From NCBI GenBank assembly GCA_030704615.1, contig CM060732.1, positions 10,354,001 to 10,418,000 on the forward strand: DNA of 64,000 bases, in the 5' to 3' direction. The translations under genes and the position numbers were made by a program. This document shows, piece by piece, positions 50,126-62,365 of this stretch. Each line of letters starts with the position of its first letter. The stretch's first letter is position 1. The notes beneath the pieces are model-generated. The model saw only the letters and a list, made by a program, of their open reading frames with translations, was not told the origin of the DNA and searched no databases. This DNA comes from Takakia lepidozioides (Eukaryota > Plantae > Bryophyta).

Positions 50126-53100
50126 ATGGCATTGTCGGAGATTACGAATTTGCCGTTGAGGAAGTAGCCTCCTTATAAGGTGCAAGTTGCAATTGATGGA
50201 AAGCATGCACCGTTGATTTTGAGAGGTTGGTTACTAGACGAGCAGACACCGAAGTCAAACTTCCCTCAAAAATGGAGAGCGGGAGGTACAAACATAGATC
50301 TCTGGCTTGATTCATCCCTTTATCCCATTGACCCAGCTACAAGAGTACGTCCCAACATGAGTTCCATAAGAGACTTGCTTCAATTCTTGGGAGATGGAGA
50401 GGAGGGTTTTCTGGGTTATGTGAAACGCCTTCAAAGTGTTTGCTCAACCACTGTAGAGACCGCAAATTGGCGAATTCTATGCGAAGCTGTACAATAGCAA
50501 AGCGCAATAGAGATTCAAAAATTGAGGGATCAAAGTTCAGGTAGAACATTCCTCCCGTATGGAGATTGATTCATTGAGTGCTCAGATCATTACTATGGAA
50601 AACAACATAAGCAACAAGAGAGCTTCATATGAGAGTCAGTTGCATAGTCTGCAGTTACAAGTTCAAAATAAAGAGGAAGAAGTTCGTGTAATGGAGGGTG
50701 TTTGTGAAGCTCAATTGGAAGCTGTACGATCAATTCATGCGATGGAGTTAGATCAGATTGCGAGTTCCTACAAGTCCGAATTGAGATCCCTCATGTTGCA
50801 GCTCACAAGGTCTAGGGCAACATATACTCGCTTGGAGCAAAAACTGAGTAAGGTTCGCAACACCCCCTATGGACCTAGAAGCCAAATACGCCAGAGGAAA
50901 GAACAATCTTGCACCAAACGGTGGACAAGCCAAAGCGCTTAGAAGATTGGCGTGGAGTATCATTATGCCAGCTACTGCACGAAAAGTGCAACAAGAGAAC
51001 GCTGCATCAAACAGCAAGACAAGGCTTTGTGGCGATAGAAGTACCCAAGAAGAATCTGGAAAAGTCTTCGCTCAAATTCTATCAAGGACTGAGGTAGATT
51101 CGATGTTGCATGTGCCCATTTTTACTCACGTAGGTGCAAAAATGGCAAATCAATATCTCAATGAAATCGGCAAACAGGTTGGGCCCAGTGAGACTTTGGA
51201 GACCTGTGACAGAAATGGGATCACCCAAGCAGGTTACAATGCAATTTACAAGAAGTTTAAAGGTGGTGTAAAAGTTGCCTCCAAAGGGATGAGAGTAGGA
51301 TGTCTGCCCAATCCGCATCGAGTGTCGAAATTGCGCAAGGAATTGAACTCCAAGCTTCAGGATTTCGTAGGTGAATACTACCATTTGAACAACAGCCTTG
51401 AAGTTCCTAAAAAAGTCAAGAACGGTGAAAAGAATGAGGCTACTCGAGTGACACTATCCGAGCACAATTCTTTTTTCGCGGATGTGGAGCAGGTGCAGCG
51501 TACCATGGTCGAATTGTATGACATCACACTTGCCGGTAAGTCTTCTACATCGTGCACCTATAAATTATATGTTTTTAATCTTTAATTTTATATATTATTA
51601 GTATTGATTGCTTGATTTTGATTTTACAGAATTGAAGGGGAGCCCTCTACAGTTTGTCTTGAAGCTTGATGAGGCAGAAATCATTCATGCCCAAAAGCTG
51701 GAAAGAGTGAGTATTACCCTCATGAACCGTGCATTAGACCCATCCGTCACTCCGGATAGTGAAAAGTTTTTCAGTGTGCAAAGTGAGAGGGAGATTTGGC
51801 CTATAGCTTGTTTTCAAGTGGCAAAGGAGAACACATAGGTTCTAAAGTGGGTGTTCCAACAAACCAAACTTCCTTCGTTAATTCAAGCCCAAGAAGATGG
51901 GCAACGTCTTCACGTCCCGGGTTTTGGTGATTACAAGGTAGAGTGGCATATGGCAGCCGACATGAAGACAATAAAGGCCATGTTTGGTTTGAAGGGAGGT
52001 GCAAATAGTTTGCATTCTTGCATTTATTGCATGCAGGAGAGAGTCAAGTCTGTAGAGGGGTCCATGAAGGATGCCGCCGTTGCTATTAATAAGCGTTCCC
52101 ATACATGGAATGGAGGCTTATTTGCCCAAAACATTACTGCCAAACCGGTGAGTGGGAGTTAGGGAAAAGATCGTTGGAAACCAGTGTTGCCGATCCCCAT
52201 TGAGAGAGTGCATATTTGCACTTTACATGCCATGAATAGGATCATTGAGAAAATGGTCCACCTCCATTTCATGTTCGCCTGGACCATTCGCGATAAGAAA
52301 TTACAAGAGTTAGCTATTGCTGACATGGAAAAAGTGTTGTCCAGCACTGGTGCGCATGGTGGTTTGGTTAAGATCATGAAAGATGATCAACTGTCTGGCA
52401 AACTGAGTAATATCCCCAACAAACCTTCGTTCAATGGCCCACATGCTGCCAAACTCTTTAATCCGAGTACTTTAGAGGGAGGCTCCGAAAAGTTGTATAT
52501 TGATGTGGTAAAGTCCGAGCACAACCACACGAAAGATGGGGCAGGTAGGAGAAATCGATTAGCATGTTGGGTTGCATTTGATAAGTTGCGCCCCTATCTT
52601 TTTGGCCTTACACTCACCAATGGACAAAAAGCTGAATATAAGAAATGCGTGGAGGAATTCGGACAAGCTTTCATCAAAAGTTGGGGGGAGGGTCCAGTTA
52701 CACACTATATTGTGAGTATCTACAACATCCCTTGATATTGATTGGAATGCTTATAGTAAAATTTTGCATTTCAATTATAGTACTTATAGATGACAATGCT
52801 AATTGTTCAAGTTGATTGGAATGCTAATTGTTTAAGTTGATAATTTGCAGCGGGTATTGGTCAAGCACACCCCGTGGTTTGTTGAAAAGTATAGAAGCCT
52901 ATCTGTCTGGTCATGTCAACGAATGGAGAACTCGCATCACGCGGCAAAAGCGGCATATCAGCGTCATACTCAACATGCTGGAACAAAATGCAAGAAAAGT
53001 CCTTTGGTACAGACCTATCAACACTGGTTTAGGATCCAACATAGGTTCAGAAACAAAAGCCTTCAATTGAATGTTGCCATTGATAGCCTTAGAGGTGAGG

Positions 53101-53435
53101 AGGCAATTCAGGCCCGACGTGCAACATCCTTAAACTCAAGCGCAGCAGCACACAGCGCTTTGTGGCGATCAAGATGCACTCTGGTTGGCAGTAGGTGGGT
53201 ACCAAACTCTGAAGAGCAAATTGTAGAAGAGCCGATTGAGGAATCAGCGGAGGAGCCAATTCCGGATTCCCAGGTAGGAGGTTCAAAGTTTGAACGTAGT
53301 CACCACTTCATGCGTCCCTATCTTATCCCTAAACTGCAATGGAACCAAGCCCCAGTTCCTGCAGGCCTTACTCATCGGAAAGGAATTAATTCTGTGGTTG
53401 TGGCTTGCCTCCACACCAAAGGAGTTAGCAAATGA
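50126..53435 (+). pseudogene. RAG1/Transib/Chapaev-like DDE transposase; introns 51536-51629 and 52712-52850; premature stops
   Basis: VLKLDE; AADMKTIKAMFGL...HSCIYC; ICTLHAMNR; FNGP; VTHYI|RVLVKHTP...SVWSCQRMENSH, parallel to RAG1 core motifs (YDEKLVREVEGL..CTLC, DALH, ITNYFHKTLAH..WASEGNES). Confidence 0.78.
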
Positions 53436-54816
53436 GCAAGGTAGACAGGGCAGACTCAGACTGAAAGCAAGGAAATTGCTCAACTAGTTATCCCATTGAC
53501 AACATCTCCATCAGACCATAGTTTGAGATCTGCCCTGTCTATAAAAGGTAAAGAATGGTGAAAAGAAGGAGGTTACTCAATAGGGCAGACTCAGACTTGC
53601 TTTGACTTCTCAGCAGATTGATTATTGAGGGCGGGCGGAGGCGAGACCGGGCAGATCTCAGCAGATTGGTTTCAGGTCATACTTGGGGCGGGATTTCTTT
53701 GATCGATACAGTCAGGGCGCCTTGAAGAGTGCAGTCTGTTGGCACCAGTCTGTTGATGGAGGTGAAGAGTGCAGCATGTTGACAGTGGATAATCGTAGGC
53801 GACCATGCACCTCATGAAAACGAATTTGAATCGGTGATTCGAAGCACCGCCGTGAAGTCGTGTTTAGGGTCGACTGCCTCTGTTCTGCTGGGGGCTCCTG
53901 TAAGTCTGTCAGACATGCTGCCATCATACAACGTATTATTAATGGATCTTCAGTTGAAGTGGACTAGTAGGGCTAGTGTGTTTCGTTACCCTACTCTCCA
54001 TGGACTTGATGATTACAGCATCTTAAGCAAAGGTCTTTCAGCACTTGACCACATGACAATAAACTGGAGGGAGGAGAGTAATGTTACCCTGGCTCTAGAG
54101 AGACAGTTTTCTTTGATGTGACCTTTACCCACCTTTTTAATGTTCAACCATGCAACTACTCGACTCCAACCTGTCATGTCATTGGCGCATTCAAACCCAA
54201 CTTGGCCCGGCATGCTCTAGGATCCCTGCCAAGCATGATTAGGAAAACACTGCTCGAAGGACAGCACCGCTCGAAAGAACCTCCGCTCTAAAAGAACCTT
54301 TCATCTCCTGATGCGCAGAACTGAGCCTAACTAGTATGAACCTGAAGCTGCAGCCGTTGCCGCATGCGCCACATCCTCTGCCCCACAGACATACTAAGCG
54401 CCTGGACTTGCTGCTCAGGGGGGGCGGGACAACATTCTCCCTCTCTAAAAAGTCCGCACACACTCTCCCTCTCTGTATTACGGTGTAAAATGGAAGCACG
54501 GATAACTTAGAGAAGCAAGACGTGCACCCAGCCAAGACCTAAACATCCATCCATTCAATCTCATCTGGAAAGTGCAACTTGACTAAACTGGAGCTTAAAA
54601 TCGCATTAAGCATTAAGTACAAAGAAAGTTACAAGTACTTTCCAAGAGTCCATCCTCTTTCTTTTCTATGTTTTGGTTAAGTACAAATAAAATCACAATG
54701 TCATTAATGGATCATTACAGCATTCTTGGTTACCATGGCATCCCTCAACGTCATATTAAGCAGAAGATCCTGGGTTCGAATTCTAAATATTATTTGCTCA
54801 ACAAAGGTAATAATTT

Positions 54817-55330
54817 TGGTCATACCCCCTTCTCCCATGATTGTCCCACTTAGCCACAAGGTCTAGGGTTCAAAACATCACATAACAAAGGTTAAAATGT
54901 CACCTAAAATGTCACATAATGTTATCCTAATGCTCCATAGCCCTAACTCTCAACCAACAAACATCGTACTATTCACATAACAAAGCCTTAAAATATCACC
55001 TAAAATGTCACATAATGTTATCCTAATGCTCCACAGCCCTAACTCTAGCCCTAACTCTAAGACTAAATGTCACCAAATGTTGCAGATGTCACCATTATCT
55101 TGTAGCCTTTGGTCATACCCCCTTCTCCCATGATTGTCCCACTTAGCCACAAGGTCTAGGGTTCAAAACATCACATAACAAAGGTTAAAATGTCACCTAA
55201 AATGTCACATAATGTTATCCTAATGCTCCATAGCCCTAACTCTAGCCCTAACTCTAAGACTAAATGTCACCAAATGTTGCAGATGTCACCATTATCTTGT
55301 AGCCCACGGACTAACCCTAACTCTAAGGCT
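54817..55330. repeat. Complex tandem duplication with ccctaactct (telomere-like) subunits
   Basis: Block ggtcataccccc...ccctaactct repeated at ~54817 and ~55108, with a partial internal copy at ~54973. Confidence 0.85.
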
Positions 55331-55341
55331 ACACATCAGGA

Positions 55342-56732
55342 TTAATTTGCCACAAGTCGTAGTCGTTTTGGAGGCAGCACATCGGCAGCTGTGTACTTCT
55401 TCTCATTTCTGATGTTTACCTGTCAACAAGAAACATGTAATTTTGTCAGAAGCTGTCATAACATTTGAAGCTGTGAATGGATTACCATTTCACATACCAA
55501 ATTCCACATACCTTTTTGGACTTGATCCCATCTTCATCCACCAAGATCGTGAAGTCCTCAGGAATGTCTGATCCAAAAGCAATCGCAATCTCATGTCGAA
55601 TGCTTGACATTGACCACTGTCGCCCAACCTCAATTTCTTGTTGTCTTGCTTCATATTCACAACATAAGTTGACCAGCTCCACAGACTGAACCTGATCCAT
55701 CGTCTCCCATTTGTTTTTGGATATCATGCGTTGCCGATTGAATTGAAATGTGGCATATAAAACAGATCGGCCAATGTGATATCTGAATCTCAGTGTTGAA
55801 CGATCGACAACACATCTAATGACATCTGCTCCAATGGTGATTTTTGTATCCCATCCACTATCCATCAGTGATTCCAACAGCTTCTCACATGGTTCTTTGA
55901 AAGTGAACATGGTATAGCTCTTAGAGATACTGATGGCCACGGAAAATAGATCTACCATTACTCCAATTGGCATAAACCATTGTAAGTGGGTTGATTTGCT
56001 TCATGTTCTGGGTTTCATAGACGATAAGAAATCAGACCGCAACTTAAGTCTGAAAGACTCACTGGTCGCCATGTCCGGTAATGGCCAAGCTGGGTCACTA
56101 AAACCAGGAAGAGGGATTGGCTGCACTGTTCCAAACTCGGATCTACCATTGCGTGGGGTGTAAAATGCATTGTAGAAGTACACATGATCGCGCAGAAGCT
56201 CCTTGTGCGTTCGATATCCACGGCAAGCCTCACCCACTTCGGCGTGCACCACATACAAAACGTCCATTATACTCTTCAGATCAATCCAATCTTCAAACGT
56301 GGAAAGGTGTAGGTCTGCAATAAAACCCCATCCTCATCATATAGTTGTTCCACTGTGCACAATACAAGGTGAACTTGATAGCAAATAATGTAAATTTATG
56401 AGGATCTTAGACAACTTACAATTGCAAGCGCCTCTGCCAAAAGTTGCATCTGGAGGCAAATCAAGTTGCCGTTGCATGTAAGCATGTTGAACACAGATTT
56501 TGGATACCACTGTGGATCCACCTTCGAAACGAAACTTCAGCACCTTCGCCTTGTACGCCCCCTCTGTTGTAGAAGTTCCGCCGTGCTTCAATGAATCTTT
56601 AGCATGATCGCCTCTTCTACCCGGCATCAATGCTACCCAAGCATTACTCTCCACCTTCATGGGAATCCAATTATCATTCTCGTCTTTCGAATTGAACAAG
56701 ATCACAGATCCTACTTCACTTCGTGGCCGCAT
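55342..56732 (-). pseudogene. BAH-like plus C-terminal ubiquitin-like domain gene; exons 56732-56420, 56314-55512, 55419-55342; one in-frame TGA at 56001-56003
   Basis: YKAKVLKF...VQHAY...NYLHLSTFEDWIDLKSIMDVLYV...YFYNAFY; C-terminal IEVGRQWSMSSIRHEI...FTIL...EKKYTAADVL; splices in frame. Confidence 0.68.
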
Positions 56733-58089
56733 TTTGTTTCGGATTCACAATTCCCTCTGTATCCCACCAAGAAATCAACTTACGATTTGGAATGAGATTT
56801 GGAACACGAGATTTGGATTTGCAGCTTTACTGCACTTGTTTGCTTAAGCAACAATTGCTAACTAGTACCTGTCAACCTACAAGTACAGAGGTAAATTGGG
56901 AGTCCACAAGCTGGAGTCTCTTGGGCATCAAATAAACTATTTTTCCCACTAAGTGGCCATACAAGTGGCCGCCTCACCCAACCTATGCTCCTGATATGTC
57001 TCTTGGATACCATTAGTTGGATTTAGCACAGGTCAGATTGGATATACTTCAAAGTACTGTATGAAAGGTTCAGCATTTGCTTTTGCAGGGTGGGGCAACT
57101 GGGTTCCTCCAATCCCAGGCTGTTGCAAAAATGATGTTTGAGCATTTTGCTGGACAACTTTGTAGGCTGGTCTGGTTTGACTTGCATACCCAAGTAGACT
57201 CTTATCCATGATGACCTTAGTTATGCAGCAATGATTTTTCTATCAAATTGCAGTGATTGCGACCTTGGAATTGGGAAAGGGAAATCCATTTTTGGGTAAT
57301 CTAGTTGCGAACCAGACCAGCTCAGCCCAGCTCAGTTCAGCCAGCCCAGCTATCACTTGATTTGTCTGTCAATTTGCAGTGATTGCGACATTGGAATTGG
57401 GAAAGATAAGTCATGTACTCTTAAAAAGAGACCTTCCTTCCCGAGTTTTTCAATCCTTACAACATCAGTTTATTTTATTGTCTCAGTTTATCAGATCACG
57501 AGCCCGAACATTGGAATACAACATTAAGGTAGATGCTGAAAGAGGATTATCACCTTCTTTCCGCAGTTTAGTCCAAGCTGCTTCAAGACTGGTAGTGAGC
57601 TGGTCAAACACAGCAGCTCTTGTTTTCAACACCCCACCTCTGAGCCCTGTCTACCCTGCTCATTTGCTAACTCCTTTGGTGTGGAGGCAAGCCACAGCTT
57701 AGTACAGACTCAATCATCTATAGCCTGCAAGAGCTCAAAGCTTTAACTTCTGAGTCTCTGGCTCTTAGTGGCAACCCCAGCAACCCCAGATTGACTTGGT
57801 AAGCAATGTTGTAGGTTGAATCCAAGCTCAATCCATATGAGCAACCCTCTAAGGCATACAGCCACCATACTGAAACTACGACACCTACAGTCAAACCATC
57901 AACAACATAGCCAAGAAAATGAAGATAGAAGGCAACTGCATTCCTTGTTCACCTAAGAGTGGCCTTGGCATCAGCAGCTAGAGTCCACAAGCGTGATTCG
58001 AAACGTTGCACACGCACTGCAAACGCACACAAACATGATGTGGTCGAGCTTCACCCCTTCCGGCCCCGTCATTTGCTCATAGGTCTCCA

Positions 58090-58165
58090 AAGCCCCATCC
58101 CACACCCCTGCTCTGCACACCCTGCAAGCATCACGTTCCATGACACCACATCTCGTTCAGCTGTG
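58090..58165 (-). pseudogene. Captured PLS-class PPR fragment
   Basis: ERDVVSWNVMLAGCAEQG. Confidence 0.75.
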
Positions 58166-58559
58166 CATCTCGACCTTTGTGCTTGTGCTCCTGCATAGCG
58201 TCTGCAATGCTGCCCTTGCTGGACCCATCTCCTAGTGCCACTGACTTCAACAGCAGGCTCAGCAGGCTGCCCATCACCAACAATGATGTCAGCCAATCTA
58301 ATTTTCCAGTAAGCTCTCCCCAATAATCTCTCCTCTGCCACATACTCTCCATTCAAACCAAGCGTCAAAGTCTCGCACATCAAGAAAATGCAATGTCATG
58401 GAACAACATAAAACCTGGGGTAAATGAACTGCTTACCTCATGTAGCACAAGGCCAAGCTTCAGGTAATCCAGAAAACCAGTTGCCCATGCAAACCAAATA
58501 TCTGCTTCTACAATTCTCACCCAATCAGGAGGCAAATTACTTACGGAAGACTGAAAACA

Positions 58560-58680
58560 GTGAGGGTGAGGGGAAACACCTTTGTCCATAGAGAATGTTC
58601 AACAGTTCAAACAGCTCAGCATCACTGGCTAGCTCCAGTACAGAGTGTAGCTCTGGATCAAATGCAACTGCATGCACCAA
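58560..58680 (-). pseudogene. Captured fragment of a conserved plant protein (recalled as DUF3944/YaaW-like)
   Basis: AFDPELHSVLELASDAELFELLNILYG. Confidence 0.45.
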
Positions 58681-59686
58681 ATGAAATTTAGGGCAAGAAC
58701 ATAGGGACGACCTCTCCAAGGTGTGAAGGTGCCCTGGGGCTTCCACTGTTATGTGCATGTGATTCAGCCTGCTGCTTGAACTCCTCTGAGTTGGACAAGG
58801 TCTTGATATTGTGTTGTTGTGAACATTTATCTATTGGTCATGGCTGGAATTTGGAAGGATCATTATTTTAACCTTCCTGAAACCGTTGGTGTGTAACTAG
58901 GCAGTGGCAGCTGAGTGCAGGGGTGCAACAAAAGGGTTATAGTTCACTCCCTACAGAGGTGCATTTAGTGTCCTCGCCTACAGCAGACCGAGGCTACAGC
59001 AAGCAATCAGCTGAGCGTAAGTCACCATTGCTCCAGGTGACGACAACAACTACCATTGATGTGGCTCCCAAGGGCTTAGAGCTGCTCATGGACGCTGCAA
59101 AAGCTCTGATTCCAGAGACGCCATCAAAGCGGAAGGTGAAGCTTGGGCATGATCACACACTTTGGCAGGCAGCCACCACTGAAGATTGAACCACCATAGG
59201 GATCTAACAAAAGATGATCCTTCCTCCACAATTGGAGGGGGCAAGGGCGCAGGTCATAGGCCACGAACCTCCTAGCACTGACTCTTTGCCAGTAAGCAGG
59301 TATATCTCTGCTGCTTTCTTGTCATGTTGTAAACAGCTTTGGAAGGTTTCAGACCTTGAGCTGGTCCACCTGTGACTTCTCAACCTCCAACCAATAACGT
59401 GCCTCATAATAAGATGGTTTACCAGTACTTGCCAAGTGCATAGAAGCATTATTGCAGCCTAACATAATCTTGCTATCGAGACAGGGAAGACGGAAGGAAA
59501 TGAAGAAATGTCATAACCTCCAGCAAGGTAAGGAGAAGAAAGCCCGAGAACTTATAAACAGTACCAATTTCTTCGTCAATGCCCATATCCTTATACAAAG
59601 CAGAGATTGACAAAGTCTACCCTCTAGTTTTCAAGGAGAACAAACCTTGTGCATATATTACTGATGAGCGTTCTGACGTTGAACAG

Positions 59687-59830
59687 GCAAGAAGAGCTCT
59701 GCGTACCCTGAAAGGGTTGGTGCGGCTGCAAGCACTGGTGCGGGGCCACACAGTGCGAAGGCAGGCTGCCAGTACCCTGCGATGCTTGCAAGCGCTGGTG
59801 CGAGTGCAGGCTCGAGTGCGAGCACGCTGT
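59687..59830 (+). pseudogene. Captured IQD (IQ67 domain) exon fragment
   Basis: cag|[47 protein letters not shown], starting at the conserved IQ67 intron position. Confidence 0.9.
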
Positions 59831-60150
59831 TGTTCGAATGTCACAGCAGGGCCAGACCAGACAGAGGTTTGCGAGCTTGCAAGGGGCGGGAAAGCTTGCA
59901 AGGTGGACGTCGATGGCGCGGGAAAGCCCAAAGCCCACGTCAATCGCAAATCGCACTTAGGTCAGGGAAACGTAGAATGTAGGCACTCTTGTCGCTCGCG
60001 ATGAGCCGACGTGGCACTACTAGTGCCACGATGTAATATTTTTATGGGGGGCCGGGTAGGACCTTTGTAGTGCAACTACCACAAATGGGCAGATTTGAAG
60101 AAAACAAAACTCGCGGCCTTTCTAATAGCTCACTTAGCTTCTAATGCGTG

Positions 60151-62116
60151 GCAATGCATTCCATTCCCCTGATTCCGGGAGCTACCCCGAGACGACAACA
60201 AGAGAGAAGGGTGAACCCCAACTTAGCACTGCTCATTAAAGCAGAGATTGAAAAACTGCTAGCCGCAAAAATTTATCTTCCCGGTGGAAACATCAGCATG
60301 GGTGTCTCTGATGGTGATCGTCCGAAAGAAGAATGGAGGCCTAAGGGTATGCATGGACTTCCGCCCCCTTAACAAGGTACCACACAAGGATCATTTTCCC
60401 TTGCCATTCATAGATACTTGGGTGGAAGAAGTAGCAGGGAAAGAGCTCTACTCTTTCATGGATGGATTTTCAGGGTACAATCAGGTGTTGATTGACCCAA
60501 AGGACGTGTTAAAAACCACCTTCATTTCACCATGGGGAACATTTGCCTATACAGGGATGCCCTTTGGCCTGTGCAATCTCCCCTGACATTTCAGAGGGTC
60601 GTGACGTATGCCTTCTCAAACATTGTGAAAAGGAATTTGGTCATCTTCTTAGATGACTTTTGTTGCAATGGCGATGCAAAAGATCACGTTGCAGCATTAC
60701 GGGAGTGCTTCATCCGGTGCAGGGAGAATGGGATTTCTCTCAACCCGATGAAGTGCGTGTTTGCAGTCACACATGGACTGCTACTGGGGCACATAGTGTC
60801 CAAAGATGGCATGGCGACAGATCCAGCAAAGGTGAGCGCCATAGTCAAATTTCCCGCACCAGAGACATCATCTAAGGTGAAAAGGTTCCTTGGCCACACA
60901 GGGTGGTATAGGAAATTTATGGACAAGTATGCAGCAGAGGCCTTACCTCTGACTCGATTATTGAAGAAGAACCAGGTATTTTCCTGGGATACAGGGTGTC
61001 AGGAGTCTTTTGAGACACTCAAGCAGCCCATGGTGTCCGCTCTCATTTTGGCAGCTCCCGACTGGAACAGGCCTTTCCATGTTTACATTGATGCTTCGGC
61101 GGTGGCCGTAAGCTGTGCCCTGTGCAAACCAGATGCTGATGGCCATGATCATCCGATATCCTTCGCTAGTCGACAGCTGACATTCGCCAAAACGAGGTAT
61201 AGCACCACGGAGCGGGAGGCTTTGGGAATGATTTTTGCCGTAAAGAAGTATCGACACTATTTGTTGGAGACACCTTTCACATTTTTTGTTGATCACATGG
61301 CATTACGATACCTGATCAACAAGCCCAATTTGACGGGGAGAATAGCCAGGTGGGTTATTCTGCTTCAGGAATTTGACTACAAGGTAGTCTACAAGCCCGG
61401 AAGGCTTAATGCTCAGGCCGATCACATTTCCCGATTATCGGAGAAAACGGAGACGAGCCTATTGACGATGATTTTCCGCACGCATTCTTGTTCTCCATAG
61501 AGACCGTCCCTCCATGGTATGAGCATATAGCTCAGTATTTGAGCACCCTGGAATTTCCCCCAGGATTGGATCGACACATGCGACGGAGGCTTCGACTGCG
61601 CAGCATGAAGTTTGCTCTTGTGGGAGGGCAACTTTATAGAAGGGGATTGGATGGACTCTTGAGGCGATGCGTCACCCCGGAGGAGGTTCCCCAGATTTTA
61701 GAGTCAGCCCATGATAGCATGTGCGGAGGACACTTTGCAGGGCGGCTCACGGTGGGCTCACGGTGCATAAGGCTTTAAGGGCATGATACTACTGGCCCTC
61801 CATGTTCAAAGATGCGCACATGCATGTGCAAAAATGCAACTCTTGTCAGAGGTACGCCAAGGGATAACAGGCTCAGAATGTCGTTAGTTCCCACTCTCCC
61901 CTTTGCTCCGTTTGAGAAGTGGGGGATCGACTATGTAGGGGAAGTGCACCCTGCATCGAGTCGACAAAATCGCTACGTCATTATAGCCACTGAGTATCTG
62001 ACCAAGTGGGCAGAAGCCAAAGTGGTTAAGAGGGCCAACGCATAGCCTCTTTCATTTATGAATCTATCATTTCCCGATTCGGATGCCCAAAAGAAATAGT
62101 GAGTGACAGAGGATCT
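60151..62116 (+). pseudogene. Gypsy non-chromovirus pol fragment (RT, RH, part of INT), truncated by insertions on both sides
   Basis: [33 protein letters not shown]; ends at SDRGS. Confidence 0.92.
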
Positions 62117-62365
62117 TGATAACGGCTATGCTACGAGGGACAGACAACGAGGGTCACAACGGGACATACCGGGTAGTGATGGACGTACACTACCTGAGCC
62201 ACAAGCAGAGACGGCTAAGTACGCGGTACTTAGCCAATGGCGGGACAAGGGTACATTACCACGAGAGCAGTAGTGGGTAGTGTAGTAACCGTGAGCCGTG
62301 AACCACGATATCACACGGCCACCTTAGCATCGGCTTTAACCAATAGAGGGAGTAGTGGACCGTTT
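62117..62365. mobile_element. Probable start of another LTR (TGATAAC...) inserted in the integrase, itself interrupted by a MULE
   Basis: Integrase homology stops abruptly at a TG dinucleotide. Confidence 0.45.

Larger units (their letters stand above)
45627..60150. mobile_element. Putative large RAG1/Transib-like DNA element carrying captured exons (left boundary unresolved)
   Basis: RAG1-like transposase, mosaic of host exons, right end ...TAATGCGTG (CAC on reverse strand) abutting a Gypsy pol interrupted mid-ORF. Confidence 0.55.

Noticed and set aside
59579-60004. Intact IQD host gene
   Set aside because: Only one IQ67 exon fragment; flanks are unrelated
60010-60060. Helitron 3' end
   Set aside because: The hairpin is not followed by a CTRR terminus at the usual spacing, and no Rep/helicase is present; not fully excluded
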